A stretch of DNA of 58,611 nt, filler included, from Sphacelaria rigidula (Eukaryota), in assembly GCA_964200075.2 (NCBI GenBank). It is 7 parts of 7 records of this genome, joined end to end, with 100 filler letters (N's around TTAATTAATTAA, not from the genome) between each part and the next. Parts side by side here need not be neighbours in the genome. Positions count along the whole stretch, not along the records: positions 25,165 to 33,451 come from CAXNAA020011648.1; positions 33,552 to 41,838 come from CAXNAA020011649.1; 5 more parts are not named here. The stretch is one strand, 5' to 3'. Both the position numbers and the translations under genes were made by a program. The first letter of the stretch is position 1, and every line of letters starts with the position of its first letter. The notes under the pieces were generated by a model. It saw only the letters and a list, made by a program, of their open reading frames with translations. It had not been told where the DNA came from and did no database searches. Positions 25,505-38,000 of this stretch are shown one piece after another.

Positions 25505-26209
25505 TCATGAGGCATCTGCATCCCATGCGGTATCCGTGTTCCGTAGAACGGCTGTGTCGAGATCGCCTTGGGCGTGTCGTTGGAGGCACCAGGATCCCCT
25601 CCGAGCGGTCGGCACCTCGGTGTAGTATGCATCATCCAAGCGAATCTTAAGGGGGCTTGGGTCATCGAGGAAACGGATAAAGTAGGAGTGGTCAAATGCA
25701 GGATCGACCAAATGAAGTTTACCCAACCACCACAGTGAATCCAAGGCCTTGAACCAAAAGTACGCCCCCTTCGGAAAGCGTCGTCCGTGAAAAGACTGCA
25801 TGTATCGTGAACGCGAAAGAAGGCTATAGCCTGTTACAACAAACCGCGCTGAGTGTTCACGTGCCAGTTCCCGAGCAGCAGCTCCCTTGCGCATCGACCG
25901 ATATCTCTTATTCAATGGGCGGTGTTGGACGGTATCTCCTACCCAGTACAGCAATATTTCCCGACGAAAATGACGCAAATCAACTTCACGCTCCCATGTA
26001 ACACGCATGATACCCTTCCAATGTGGTTGATACATTACAGCTATTTTACCTCCACGACCGCGAACCAGTTGATGGCCCGAAATCCTATCTACCCTAACGC
26101 GTTCCAGGGGTGCGTCTACATCCTCGACCGTCATATGATACGGCTGAGGTTTGGTCGCATACTTGGTCAACACATACTGGCTAAGCCCTAGCGGCAGCTG
26201 TCTGGGCAT
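25505..26209 (-). pseudogene. Integrase C-terminal extension: chromodomain (~26098-25943) followed by a PWWP/Tudor-like domain (~25777-25637)
   Basis: VDRISGHQLVRGRGGKIAVMYQPHWKGIMRVTWEREVDL fits the chromodomain pattern Y.v.WKG....TWE.e..L. FPKGAYFWFKALDSLWWLGKL...YFIRFLDD resembles PWWP G..VW.K....WWPg.v...Y.V.F..D. Confidence 0.7.
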
Positions 26210-26717
26210 GTCAGAGGAGTCATGAGGGGAGACACACGGTTTGCATCGTAGTATCGAGACGCGAGTTTCGGTTTCAAACCAGGTTCATCCGTGGGAAAAT
26301 CTTAATACAAAAGTTTCGCTCCCACCGGACTCTTGCCGGGTGCGATAGCGCTTGGGCCAACAGCTAAACTTTTCCAAGGACCAGTCCAATTCAAGGATAG
26401 TTTTGCCTTCATCACTTTGTCCAAAGATGATGATTTCGAGCTAGCTCCTTGATTGATGGGCTCCACATCGTTATACACCCATGCCCATTGGCCTACCTTC
26501 CACACCGGACGGTTATGTACCACATCATCCAACACCGAGTTTGCCCTGGCTATCTTGGCCAAATTGATTCGGTTCTGTTCTCGTACCACTTCATATGCAA
26601 GACGAAGGCGATTGCTAACCGACAAATGATACTCTACAACATCACGATCTAGACTCTGATGTCCGCCTGTATTTTTGCGTTCGAATACCGTTAAAGGTAA
26701 CCTAGGCATGCGTCCAA

Positions 26718-26930
26718 TGATTGATTGATTGATTGATTGTCGCACTGACCCCCCCGGGGTCCGGCCGTGATCTCATGATAGACGTACTCAAGAAAAACGG
26801 AATTCAAACACGTTGTAAGGGGGAAAAAAAGGAACAGAAAACAATAGGAAGAGGAGAAGAAACAAAAAAGAGAAAGAGGGGTCGAACGGAACGGCATAGC
26901 AGACTAAGTCGTGACGAAACACTATATATA
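26718..26930 (-). mobile_element. (TCAA)n-tailed retroposon fragment nested inside the Gypsy integrase
   Basis: Interrupts the integrase between ...ITGLSPN-IH and IGRMPRLPL; carries the conserved terminus and (TCAA)n. Confidence 0.85.
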
Positions 26931-29900
26931 TATGAATTCCATTCGGTGACAATCCCGTAATGGCATTGACTGAATTGTTTTAGTTTATTTGGACAACGGG
27001 CAGGTGCAGATCCCAGTCCATCTGTCTCTCATTTGCTACAGCAGCAAGCATCTTTGCCACCGTATGATTCACTCGTTCCGTTCCACCATTGGAGGAAAGG
27101 TGATATGAAGTAGTGAAAATGCGATGAGCACCCAAAATGTCACTGACGGCAGCTGAACGCTTGCCTGAAAAATGCGGGCCGTCGACAGACAGTAAGCGTT
27201 TGGGCACACCCCACTGTGGGATGTGCATGTATACAAGAATGTTGGCGGTACCTTCCACGTTATAGCTACTGGCAGGGACAGCGTGCATCACCGCATGTCG
27301 ACTAAATCTATCCGTAAACAACAAAATATACTTATTACCACTATCCGTTAGGGGCAGAGGACTAGAACAGTCACACGAAACTACTTCGCCAGGCCTGTTT
27401 GGGAGTGTCATGGAAACAACCGGCCGACGAACTGTTTGACGGGAAGGTTTTCGCGCCTGACACAAAAGACAACGCCTCACCCACCAACGCGACTGATCCA
27501 TACAAATTCACCAATAAAAACGTTCCAACATCTGGGAGGTCCTAATGGCGCCTAGATGAGTCGATGCCTGTGAATGTCATTCGTGTAGAACCCACGGGCG
27601 CAGAAGCATCGGAACATAGATGTGGATGGGTTCATCACGTAGCAAGCGGGCATGTCGACTTGTAGGCTTCCCCCTGGGGAGGGCTGCTGTGGGCCGGCGA
27701 ACTAACAGAACTATACCATCATCATCCGTATGCAGCATACCTTTCCTTGAAAGTTCAGTAACTTCATCCTGTGTGGGCGCTTTGAGATTCCCGACTGGCA
27801 AAAGGAATTCGGTTTCTGAGAATGGACATGGGCAACCTTTAGATAAATAATGAATAGCTGATTTTCAAGCAGGTTCTATCTGTTGTTCCCGGGCCCCATC
27901 GGCGTGGGAGAAGAGAGTCAAACGTTCCTTGAACACGCCATCTGTTGAAGCGTCTACTTCGTGTTGGGTCGGTTCGAGGCGGGGTTGGCACGAAGCGGTG
28001 ATTTCGGAATCAAGGGTGAGCCTACCAGTTGGTGTACTCTCAGACGGAACGATAACGTCTACTCCTGCGTCGATTAGCGTGCAGGGTGTTGTGGAGGTGT
28101 TTGCAATATCATCACCAAGGCAGGGGGGCATAGCCGTGGTTTCGGCTATGGTTGGCAGGGGCGGCACGGTCGCGGTCGATTTCCTGGGGGCCTTGCGTCG
28201 CGGAGGTTGAGGAGGCACAAGGAAACTATCGGGGACCGGGGTGGGGGCAAGGAGGGGAAGGTCAGGGCCAGATACGGGTAATTTGGTGGCCGTTTCGGCG
28301 GTCCGCTGTCCACGAGTCCTACTCGAAATCAAATCTCGAACTTGGACTGGTACGATGGAGTCAGCAAAGGACGGTCCTACACCTGCTGCGAAAACTATGC
28401 ACTGGCCAGTTGCACGAAAATGATCATAGCCAACAGTATTCGGAGACAGTCCATGCCAAGCTGAGTACAACGATTGAGGTTGCAAGCTGCCCAGAACTGA
28501 TGCGTGGGCTGTGGTCGTCAGCCCACCCATGCCTAAAGCCGACGTTTCTGTCAGTGAAAGTGGTGTGTAGAGGCCTTTATATCCATTCCTGCTTATGAAA
28601 TATTGAATGTCTTCGGTGGGATCGGTGATACGTTCCACGGTGGATTCATCGATAGGTTGAGCCGGCGTGGGCAAGCGTGACAGAAAGTCGGTGTTTGCAT
28701 TTTGCGGGTCTGTGCGATATTTCAACTGGAAGTTGTAAGACGACAGGATTTTGAACCAGCGTTGGACCCTAGCGTTGTGTTCCGCGATTTTCGCAAGGCT
28801 TTTCCAAGACTGATGATCCGTATAAATCACAAACGGGATGTCATACAAATACTGACGCAGACGTCGCACGCCCCAAACAACTGCGCCGGCCTCTTGTTCC
28901 ATCACAGACCAATTCTGTTCATTCGGAAAAAGTGGTGCGACTCAGATAGACAATGGGACGAACAGTAGCATCGACTTGCTCCTGTTCTAATGTGCAGCCA
29001 AACCCAATTTTGGAAGAATCTGTGTGGAGCCGGAAAGGGCGGGAACCCTGTCCGCGGCCGACTAGTCGGGGAAGATGAGAATCGGCGGGCGCGAAAGGGC
29101 GTCAAGAAGACGGCGGGCGATTTTTCCATCTCCAATGTGGACACAAATTTCACCCCTTTTTCGAGAAGGGTGGTGAGGGGTTTTAGCGTTTGGGCAAGGA
29201 TCGGCAAGTACTGTCTGTAGTAGCTTAGACCTCCCAACAAGGAACGCAGTTGAGAAATGTCCCGGGACATGGGCATATCGGTGAGTGCGGCGACCTTGTC
29301 GAGGTTTGGGCTACGACCTTCGGGGGTGATGCAATGACCCAAGAACTCAATCTTCGTGGCGCCAATGCGGGATTTGGAGGGGGCGAGCTTAAAGTTGTGT
29401 TGTTCAAACCGATTAAAGAATGATGCCAACTGTTCGACGTGTTCAGCCGGTGTGGAGTCGTGGCACACCGCGTCATCAAGGTAAATATGGCATTTGGGCA
29501 ATCCATCAGTTACACGGAACATTACACGTTGAAACGCACCTGGAGCTCCGGCGGCACCTTGTGGTGTAACCAGCCACTCGTACAAACCTGATGGCGTGCG
29601 AAACGCTGACAGTTCAATGGAATTTGGATCCATCACGAGCTGGTGGTAGCGGGACTGCATGTCAAAGTTCGAAAATACCTTACCCCCGCCAAGAGAAACA
29701 ATAATTTAATCAATCCGTGGAAGTGGCAGTCGAGCGATTTTGATGACAGCGTTCAATCGTTGATCATTGATCGTCAGTCTGATTTTGCCATCTTTCTTCC
29801 GGACGACTACTAAACGCGAGGCCCACGGAGACGTCGAGTGCCGAATTAAACCGGCGGATAAGTAACCATCGAGTATTACTTGGATCTTATTCGCTACGAG

Positions 29901-32900
29901 GGGCTTCGTACGGTACGGACGCATAGCGATAGGCGGAGGGCCATCAGGGATTTTGATCTTGAACGGTGTCGTGATACATCGACCTAAATCCAAGGGCGCG
30001 GTAGAAAACCTTTCAGATTATCTAATCACGATAGATCTCAGTCTTTCGATTACAGTGGGTGTCCAACCATCGCCAGATAGATCAAAACAATATGCCTTAA
30101 GTTAGGAGGCATGTCATCCCACAACTTTTGAAAAATAGCGCGTTGTTCTGGGGAAAATCTATCCAGTAATGCACTTGGGGGTTGAGGTTCAGGCGCATCG
30201 GGTGTATTTGTCACCACCATGGGGTCAGGCATATGTAGCGGAGGGGGGGCCGTGGATTTCGGGGAGTCGGTTGACGAGTTGTTGTCCGCAGGGGGGCACA
30301 CATCTGACAGGACTGTTCGTATGAGAGGCGCTTGAGCATAACCCAACAACTGACCGGCGAGTATATCGAAACATACACGAGACGTGAGGTATATGGCCTG
30401 CCTACTTCCCTGGAGAAAGACTTTGGTCTGTTCAAACGGACCAACCTGTGCTCGGTCAGGTTTGAGAGATTCGACCAAATAATGTCCTGTGAGGGCGGGC
30501 GATCCGTTGCGCCTCACGAGGTTCACTTGTATAAGTTGGGGTTCACGAGAAAGCGAGACTACAGGTTCACCAACATAGTACAGACGGAAAGCATTGCCTG
30601 TATGCCTGGGGTCATCCTCATAGGCGTGAGCTCCCGAATCAGTGTCGAAGTGACCCAGTGACAGTTTGCCTGTGACTGAACTGTTCGGGACAGATGTGCC
30701 CGACGTGTACGAGTGTGTGGAAAAACGAAGCCAACTATCTCGACCCAACAAAACATCAAAAGACATGGAACCGTCGGGCACAATTAGTGCCGATACAGAC
30801 AACCGAGCAGTGGGAGTAGTATCCTGGTAAAATTGTACACTTAGTATCTCCGATTGGTTAAACGTAACAGATGTGGAGGAACCAAACCAACCAAAAACGC
30901 GAGGGTGCACGGTTGATAGACAATGCTCGTCCGCCGCGCCCGCGTTGATCATCTGTTGCCAGCAGCTGACTGTAATGAACTTTTGAGGCGACCAGAGTCT
31001 GGTAGTGCAAGAGCTATCAAATGACAGTTTGCACGCGCTCCACTATGTAAACCTATCTTGGTCGTGAAAGAAGCATCATCCATCGTTGCAGTACCACTGA
31101 CGAGATTGGGCCCGAATTCGAGTAAGACATCTGACACACCCTGCTTTGCATTTTGAACGAAGGTGCCAAAAGACACCCGTTGATGATCCTGTGGGACAAG
31201 CTTTTGGTCGGAAGGATGGTGCGTGCATGGACTGTCAGTGTTTGTGCATGGAATATTTGTCTCATCAGTCGAGGGTTGAATCTCATATACTGCAACGGAG
31301 GGGCGATGCTGGGGAAGGGCAATTGTCGTGGTTGGACCCGACAACTGATCTGTGCGTGGTGTTTCACCCTTATTGGCCAACAGAGGGGACGAATCGTCAT
31401 TGTGCAAAGCCGGATCAATTACATTATCCAGCTTGGTCAGAAAAGGTGACGATTCATCGGAGCGCGGTGTTGAGTTTGATACGCCAGTCAACTCAATACC
31501 ATCACTGGTTAGGGCCAACATGGGAGGTTTCGGAGACGATTCGTCGGGACGCGGGGTTGGTAAAGCTGTACTGTTCAATCTGGCGTCTATTGAAGGGGCC
31601 AACGTGGCGAGTTAGGAGATGAGTGGTCTTGCGTAATTCTTTGTCTGCCTGGTGACAAACACACGATTGAGTTGTCTTCATGACTAGGATGCGAACGACC
31701 ATGAGTCGGCGAAGTCTCTGTCCCTACAGACGCAACGCTTCATCGGAAATGGGTTCTAACGCAGTGCACAAGGGGTGGTCAGCGAGCAGTAACGATCTGT
31801 TCGAAATCTGGGGAGTACCGGCCTGTTTCACTCTGAGGTTTTCATCTGTCCGAGCCCACACGCAATCTCCTCCTTGGAGTTCACGTGCGATTGCTACATC
31901 AGGGCTATCTACATCATCATCTGGAGGAGCCCGCCTATGGTGACGACTGCTGCCGAGATAGCCCCCCCCCCCGAACCGGCCAAAAAAGTGCACGGAGGCG
32001 ATGATCATAAATGCAGTTAGAGCTGGTTTCGTGCTGCACGACGCGACTCATTCGAAGGTTATAGCTGATTTCGGACTGCTACACGCCTCTCATATAGGCG
32101 AAATTGCTGCAAACGAGCCCAATAGTGGGATCGCGCCGGTTTATCGGACGGTCTCCGGTGCACTTTTTGTTGGGGGGGCTATCTCGGTATTAATCTGACG
32201 CGTATAGCGCACGAAAGGGTCGGCGGCTCCAGCAGCTATTGAAACGAGTTCTCGGACAGTCGAACCTAGGTCACGCTTTTGGCGCACCACCTGAGTCGCT
32301 GTCAGTTGGGGTTCCATTCCAACCCGCTGAGCGACGGAAAGCATGGGTTCTTTGCTGTTGCAACCTCTCAAGGAATAATTACGCTCAGCATATAGAAGGG
32401 AACCGGGCATGGTAGTTTTTGCGGAACTCGGTAGAGTGGTTAGCCGGGCACTTGAGCAGTTGGGGGGTGCTTGAGCGTGTGGCTTTGAATTTGGTGTTCT
32501 CCGATGAACGGTCGGAGAGGCAGTGTCTACCGTTCCAGAAGATATTTCGGCGCCAGATCCGTTAGAAACTGCACTACATGACTTCCTCTCCTCCGAAGGG
32601 AAGGGGTTCGATTGAATATGATTGGTACCTGGTGGATGTAAAACTGGGTGATCAAATCCAGGATTAAAACGTTGGGTTTGGTCACTGCTTAATTGATAGC
32701 CATATAGCCATGCAACGGTGCACGGGCTTCGGCTGTCTTGGAACCCTTCAAGGTAGTGTCAGCATATCCAGGGAACCCACACCACATGGTTGAACCCGCG
32801 GTGGCCGCCGTTGATTCACGTGTGTGATGTTCGTGACCTGGCCGAGCGAAAGAAAATTGTTGGGTACTTCTGCGGTGAGTTACCGGCGAACGTTGATTCC

Positions 32901-33666
32901 TAGTTGTGGGGCTGTGCCAACGATCGGGGAACGAACTGTCGTCAGAAGTACAAAATAGACGGGCAGGTGGTTGCGCCCAGGTTTTTGGGTCAGCCACACG
33001 TCCTGTGTTACCCCACTGTTTGGCGCTCGGAAACGCGGGGGCTTGGTAAACGTTCCCAGAAAATGGTCAAGTTGTGCGGTGAGCATCAGGGGTGGGTTGT
33101 TGGGCGTTTTCCTGGCGTGGGGGACCCGTAGGACTAGGTGCAATCATCAGTGGTCGTCTTCCGTCTTGTGATTGTGCCTGGTTCTGCGGTTGAGAGTTTG
33201 CCGGGTCAGACTGTGTTAGACGTGGCGCTGAGTCGGCAGGCCGCGTTTGGTAGTGCGCTGTTTGGTACAGTGGGTCTTGGTAGCGGGAATCATTTACCGT
33301 AAAAGCAATTACCCCGTCTAGGGCGGTTGGTTTGGCCACGCGTGTCGCCGCATTGAGGGCGGCGGTAAGAACGCATACGCGCTTGCCAAGTTGGCCAGCA
33401 CGAGAGTCATCCTACGATAGGGGGGGGGGGGGGGGGGGGAGACGGAGTGTTNNNNNNNNNNNNNNNNNNNNNNNNNNNNNNNNNNNNNNNNNNNNTTAAT
33501 TAATTAANNNNNNNNNNNNNNNNNNNNNNNNNNNNNNNNNNNNNNNNNNNNAAGCCTACTGATCATCTTGCATTTGGATGACAGTCACCAACGAGTTGCT
33601 TTGTTCTGTGGTATCGCCACTTCCAGAGACAGCCATGACTTTTACACTGCCTCATGGGTGCATCAC

Positions 33667-33820
33667 CGGTCGCGTACTGGGGGGGAGACGGGTCGATCTC
33701 TACCTTCTGACGGTTGGGTCGTGGGTTCGAACCTCAGTGCAGTCACACCATCTGGGATTTTATCGTACACCATGCCCAAGAGTGGAGAGCGACCATGTCG
33801 TGGGGGTAGACAAAATTTGG
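33667..33820 (+). mobile_element. Partial copy of tRNA-derived SINE (same family as 49508-49904)
   Basis: ttctgacggttgg..cgtgggttcgaa..tc.gtg.agtcac...accatgccca..ag.ggagag.gacca shared. Confidence 0.7.
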
Positions 33821-34893
33821 CAACCTATGTGTTTTTGGTCTGCGGGGTCAATGAGATCCCCGCGTTCAAATCAAGATGTGTTTTTGGTTGGCGGGGGCAT
33901 TGAGTTCCCCGCGTTCACCTCTGATTGTGTTGAGTTGTCAGTTGTGTACGTGTCAAGCCTTTGCATGGGCCCCTCCCATCTGGACACTTATGATTCTCTT
34001 TTGGCTAGAAACGAGGCAAATCTTTTCATTTTTGGAATCAGCGTCATTTTCACTCGAAACAATTAGTGTCGGCATCATGGTCAATTGAGAAAGGTATGAA
34101 ACAGCAGCGTACCGTCCTTCTCCACTGAACGCTCGGGGCGGGGTTGTCACGCCGCGAGCGCGTTGTGATCTTGCCTGCATATCGCGTTGTCTCGACCTTA
34201 CTTCATTTTTTCCCATCTCTGGACTGCTGCTGCTACTCCACAGTACATGCGATTTATTTTTCATAAGGCACTGAAAATGACGCTATCTACTATTCTAATC
34301 CGAATACCCCCACCGTACTCCCGCCCACCCTTGCCCCATTCGCCGGCTGCCAAAGCGCGGCGTGCACATAGCCCNNNNNNNNNNAAAAAACACCCTATTA
34401 TTATTTTTAATCCCAACGCCCCCCCCCCCCCCCCCCCCCGGGCTATGGTCAACGGTCAAACGACTACGGCAAGCAACGAATGAGTACGCCTCATCGGATT
34501 GAGGTCGAAAACAAACCCTTCTTTTTCGAATTTAAGTCGGCATCAGCTCAATGGGTACTAACCCTTTTTCTTTGTGGTAGACGCGCGTCTCGCCCAAATC
34601 ATCGTTTCTCATGGAATTCTGAAACGTTTTGCGCAAGGCCTCGAACAACGTGCTCAGCTCATAAGCTAGCTGTTACTACCGCTTTGTCAAATTGTGCGAT
34701 GTACCATTACGCAACGCACATGAGTATCAACACCGGTGCCCATGTATCTGGCTGTCGATTCATTCAGCGTGGCGGCGATGGCCGCCGAAAATCTCGTATT
34801 CATATGCTTTGTTCCCCATCACAGTTGAAGGCGAGCTGGGAGGTAAACCCTCGAAAACAAGACGTTGCATTGTACGCTACGTTTTTGCGGCAG

Positions 34894-34927
34894 GTACAGC
34901 AGGAGCAACAACAGAGCCGACAACGGC

Positions 34928-34976
<49 letters not shown>

Positions 34977-35002
34977 GCAGCAGCAGCAGCAGCAACAACA
35001 AC

Positions 35003-35062
<60 letters not shown>

Positions 35063-38000
35063 CACAATGTCGATCACAGTTATTGTCAACAGCATCAGCC
35101 TTTACTAATCAAAGACAAAGCGAGCAGCACCGACAGTTTCTCAAGTCCTGATACGCGGAACTCGGCAAAGTCAAAGCCCTCAACATTCGTCGTTGGCGGC
35201 GACGGGCGAGGTTGCGCTGGAAAGTCAGGGACAACAAGTGGTCGGGAGTGTGAAGATGGTGGGAATAATGGTGATTGTATCAAGAAGGGGGCGCGGGAAG
35301 GGGCTAGAGGTGGCGAGGAGCGGCAAACGTACCCTGATGGCTCGCACGAGTTTGCTCAAAATGGTGAAGCGGCAGGTGGTAATGATGTTGATAGCAATGG
35401 TGATGGAGATCAAAACGCGGAGGAGCTATTCTTGCGTTTCGCGGTAACAGACACTGGAATAGGCGTGGCTGATAGCATGAAACCGCGTCTGTTTCAGGCA
35501 TTTTCTCAGGTGCAGCTGATGCAAAATACGGGTGAGTGGCCGTATACACGGCTTTTTTTTACCGTAGTTCTTGCTGTTCGTGTATTGATGCTTGTATGTT
35601 CTGATGTGATTTTGATTGGTGGTCGCACATAAAATACTCCCTCGGGAATTCAGCCTTGGTCACATGATCGACGTACGCGAGATCAAACAAAAAGGGAACA
35701 CTCGCTGAAAGGAGAGTGCAGAGAAACAGAAAGGTGGAACAGATAAGAAGGTGAAACAAACCGAAGACAAGAAAAATAGGACTAAAAATGACCGGCCTGT
35801 GCAGCATGGATGGCTTCAGGTGGAAAACATCTTGTGCAAAAGCAAACGCATTAGAACGTGATCGAGAAGAAGCTGTGAGGACGTATTACGGCTCATCTAA
35901 AACACGGAGTATATATATATATATATGTATAGATTTAAACATCGAACCTACCGTGGAACTCGAAACTGCAGTGCAGTACGCGGGAAGTACTCACCCTTCT
36001 TGCCATGACCACACGCCAACGCAGCGCACAGCTTGTGTTGGTGTTTGTTTGAGCTGGTACTCGTCTTCATTCGTTGATCTTTCCTCCGTTGCCTTTTGGT
36101 GTGTTCTGGATCTCAGGATTCGATACAAATAGAAAGTATACCATGCGAAAAGATTGCGTTGTTGTCTATAGACCGGCGCCCAGAATAGATGGGACAACAC
36201 AGACACAGACACAGACGCACACACTCGTGGGAACTGTCCCCATTTTGTAGTCCTTCTCCACATCATATCTACCCCTCTCACACGCCTCACCCGCTCTATC
36301 GGCAAGAGAGGCCCCCAGGGGTAGCTTTAGCCGGCTAGCAACTAGTACTACCAACTCTTGCTCTTCAAACAGTTTCCGGTCTTCCTGCTTGTGGGCTGCT
36401 ACTCCCTCTCACCGTAGACGGTCTACAGAAGTTTTCGTACTACAAAGGTCCAGTGCCGTGCAGAAACAAGTCACGTCCCGCAACTTTTTTGCGACCCGCG
36501 CAGCTTGAGCTCGTGCACGTTTTTTTTTTTTTCCCGGCATTTGAGGTCGGACTAGACCTTACGACTGTCTGATCCCGAGTTCGGCGGCCCTAAGGTCGAC
36601 AGCCTGGTGACGGAGGGGTGTTGTGACAATTCCGCTGCTCTTCAACGTGGCTTCCATGAAAAAAAAATGGATATTCGCCATCTTCGTGTAGGTACCGTAG
36701 ACGACATGGTTCTGTAGTACAGGTGGCCTTTTACTAGCCTGACTGTTCTGGTGGGTTCGGAATAGCTGTTTTGATGAAAGACATAACGCCCACGAAGAAA
36801 TAGGTGGATCTGGACCCGCTGGGCCGTTGCCACTCACATACCGCATCATCGTCGGTACTTTGCAGTACGGAGCTCAGGGCGCAGCCATTACCACGGGAAG
36901 CGGAGGGGTGTGGGTGCGACCATTTTGCTGACGGACGCCTTCGGCAGATACCGCTAAGATTGCTCTGCTGTGTGATACAGATGCCCTCCAAACTCCGAAC
37001 CGAGCGCTCCACCATGGATACAGATTCTACACTTTGCCACACTGCAACGAAGGTTTTTCATATTTTTGTTCGATTTGGCGCCCGAGGGCCATTAAAGGTC
37101 CTTGAACACATGAAGTTGTCGTAGTTTAAATATCCGTGGGACAGTTGGGCCGTACTCTCGGAGTAGAAAGGTCTCGGACGCCGTAAGAGTTCATCCCTGG
37201 CTTGTGCAATATCATGAGCGAACTCATGAACTACATGGCTATGGTCGATTTTTCGTTCTCTCGAACTCCGTTGCTCACCTGTACCGTCGTGTTGTCGTGT
37301 CCGCATCGATATCCATCGGGCTACTGTAGAATTTAAATGACCAGCACAAGAGTGCTGACCGTTTAGGTGGTGATCCTACCAGAGTTGGGCGTTAGTTTAT
37401 TGTGGTATGTTCAATGGTGTATTCCAATGTATGTTATTCCTCTGCCTCTGTCCCGTAAGTCTGGGTGGCTGTGTTTATTCGGGTCCTTCACTAGGTCCGA
37501 TTTGATTCTTGTTCTTTGTTGTTGCATTTTTTGGCGTCTTTGGAGGTAAAACCAATGTTTGTTCTTGACAGGACAGTTGGGGCTTGACCCATGCGCCCGA
37601 GCGGTCGGTAAAACTCAGTCGGCCCGGAAATGGCCGCATGTCACCCCTTCTTCGGAGGCAACCCTCCCCCCACCCACTTCCCCACTCCCGGCAAGAATAG
37701 AACAAACGACTCAAAACCTCTTCTCTTCAGCTTAATTCTTGCACAGGGGCTGGGCTGGCTACGTGTCGCCCTCGATCACGTTTGTCTCTTCATCATTTGT
37801 GTCCAGCACGAAAATGGCAACAACCGGTTGAATTTGGCCAAAAGCAGATTCGAAGTTGCCCAAATTGGGTCAATTTTGACCCGAAATTGTGTTCAGAATA
37901 CATATGTCCCCCCCTTATTCTCCTATGAACATCTCTATATCTTCATCTCTCCATCGGTGCTAACTCTGGCATCGTAAGCGCCCCCGTTCGGGAGATACGA

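Larger units (their letters stand above)
25165..33400 (-). mobile_element. Degenerate Ty3/Gypsy (chromovirus-type) LTR retrotransposon; LTRs not resolved in this scaffold
   Basis: Order on the minus strand: gag-like region, protease (ALPDSG...LLGRDS ~31020-30730), RT (SPWASRLVVVRKKDGKIRLTIND; YEWLVTPQGAAGAPGAFQR..IYLDD ~29990-29220), RNase H (EQEAGAVVWGVRRLRQYL..F.IYTDH..NADFLSR ~28910-28670), integrase (HHCC finger, CDC..TDRFSR..LSVDG..SNGGTERVN, WTGPW ~27800-26300), chromodomain. Many stops and frameshifts. Confidence 0.95.

Noticed and set aside
34480-35151. Poly-Q protein ORF (223 aa)
   Set aside because: Alternative frame of the CAA tract; it stops before the kinase motifs, which are in the poly-N frame.
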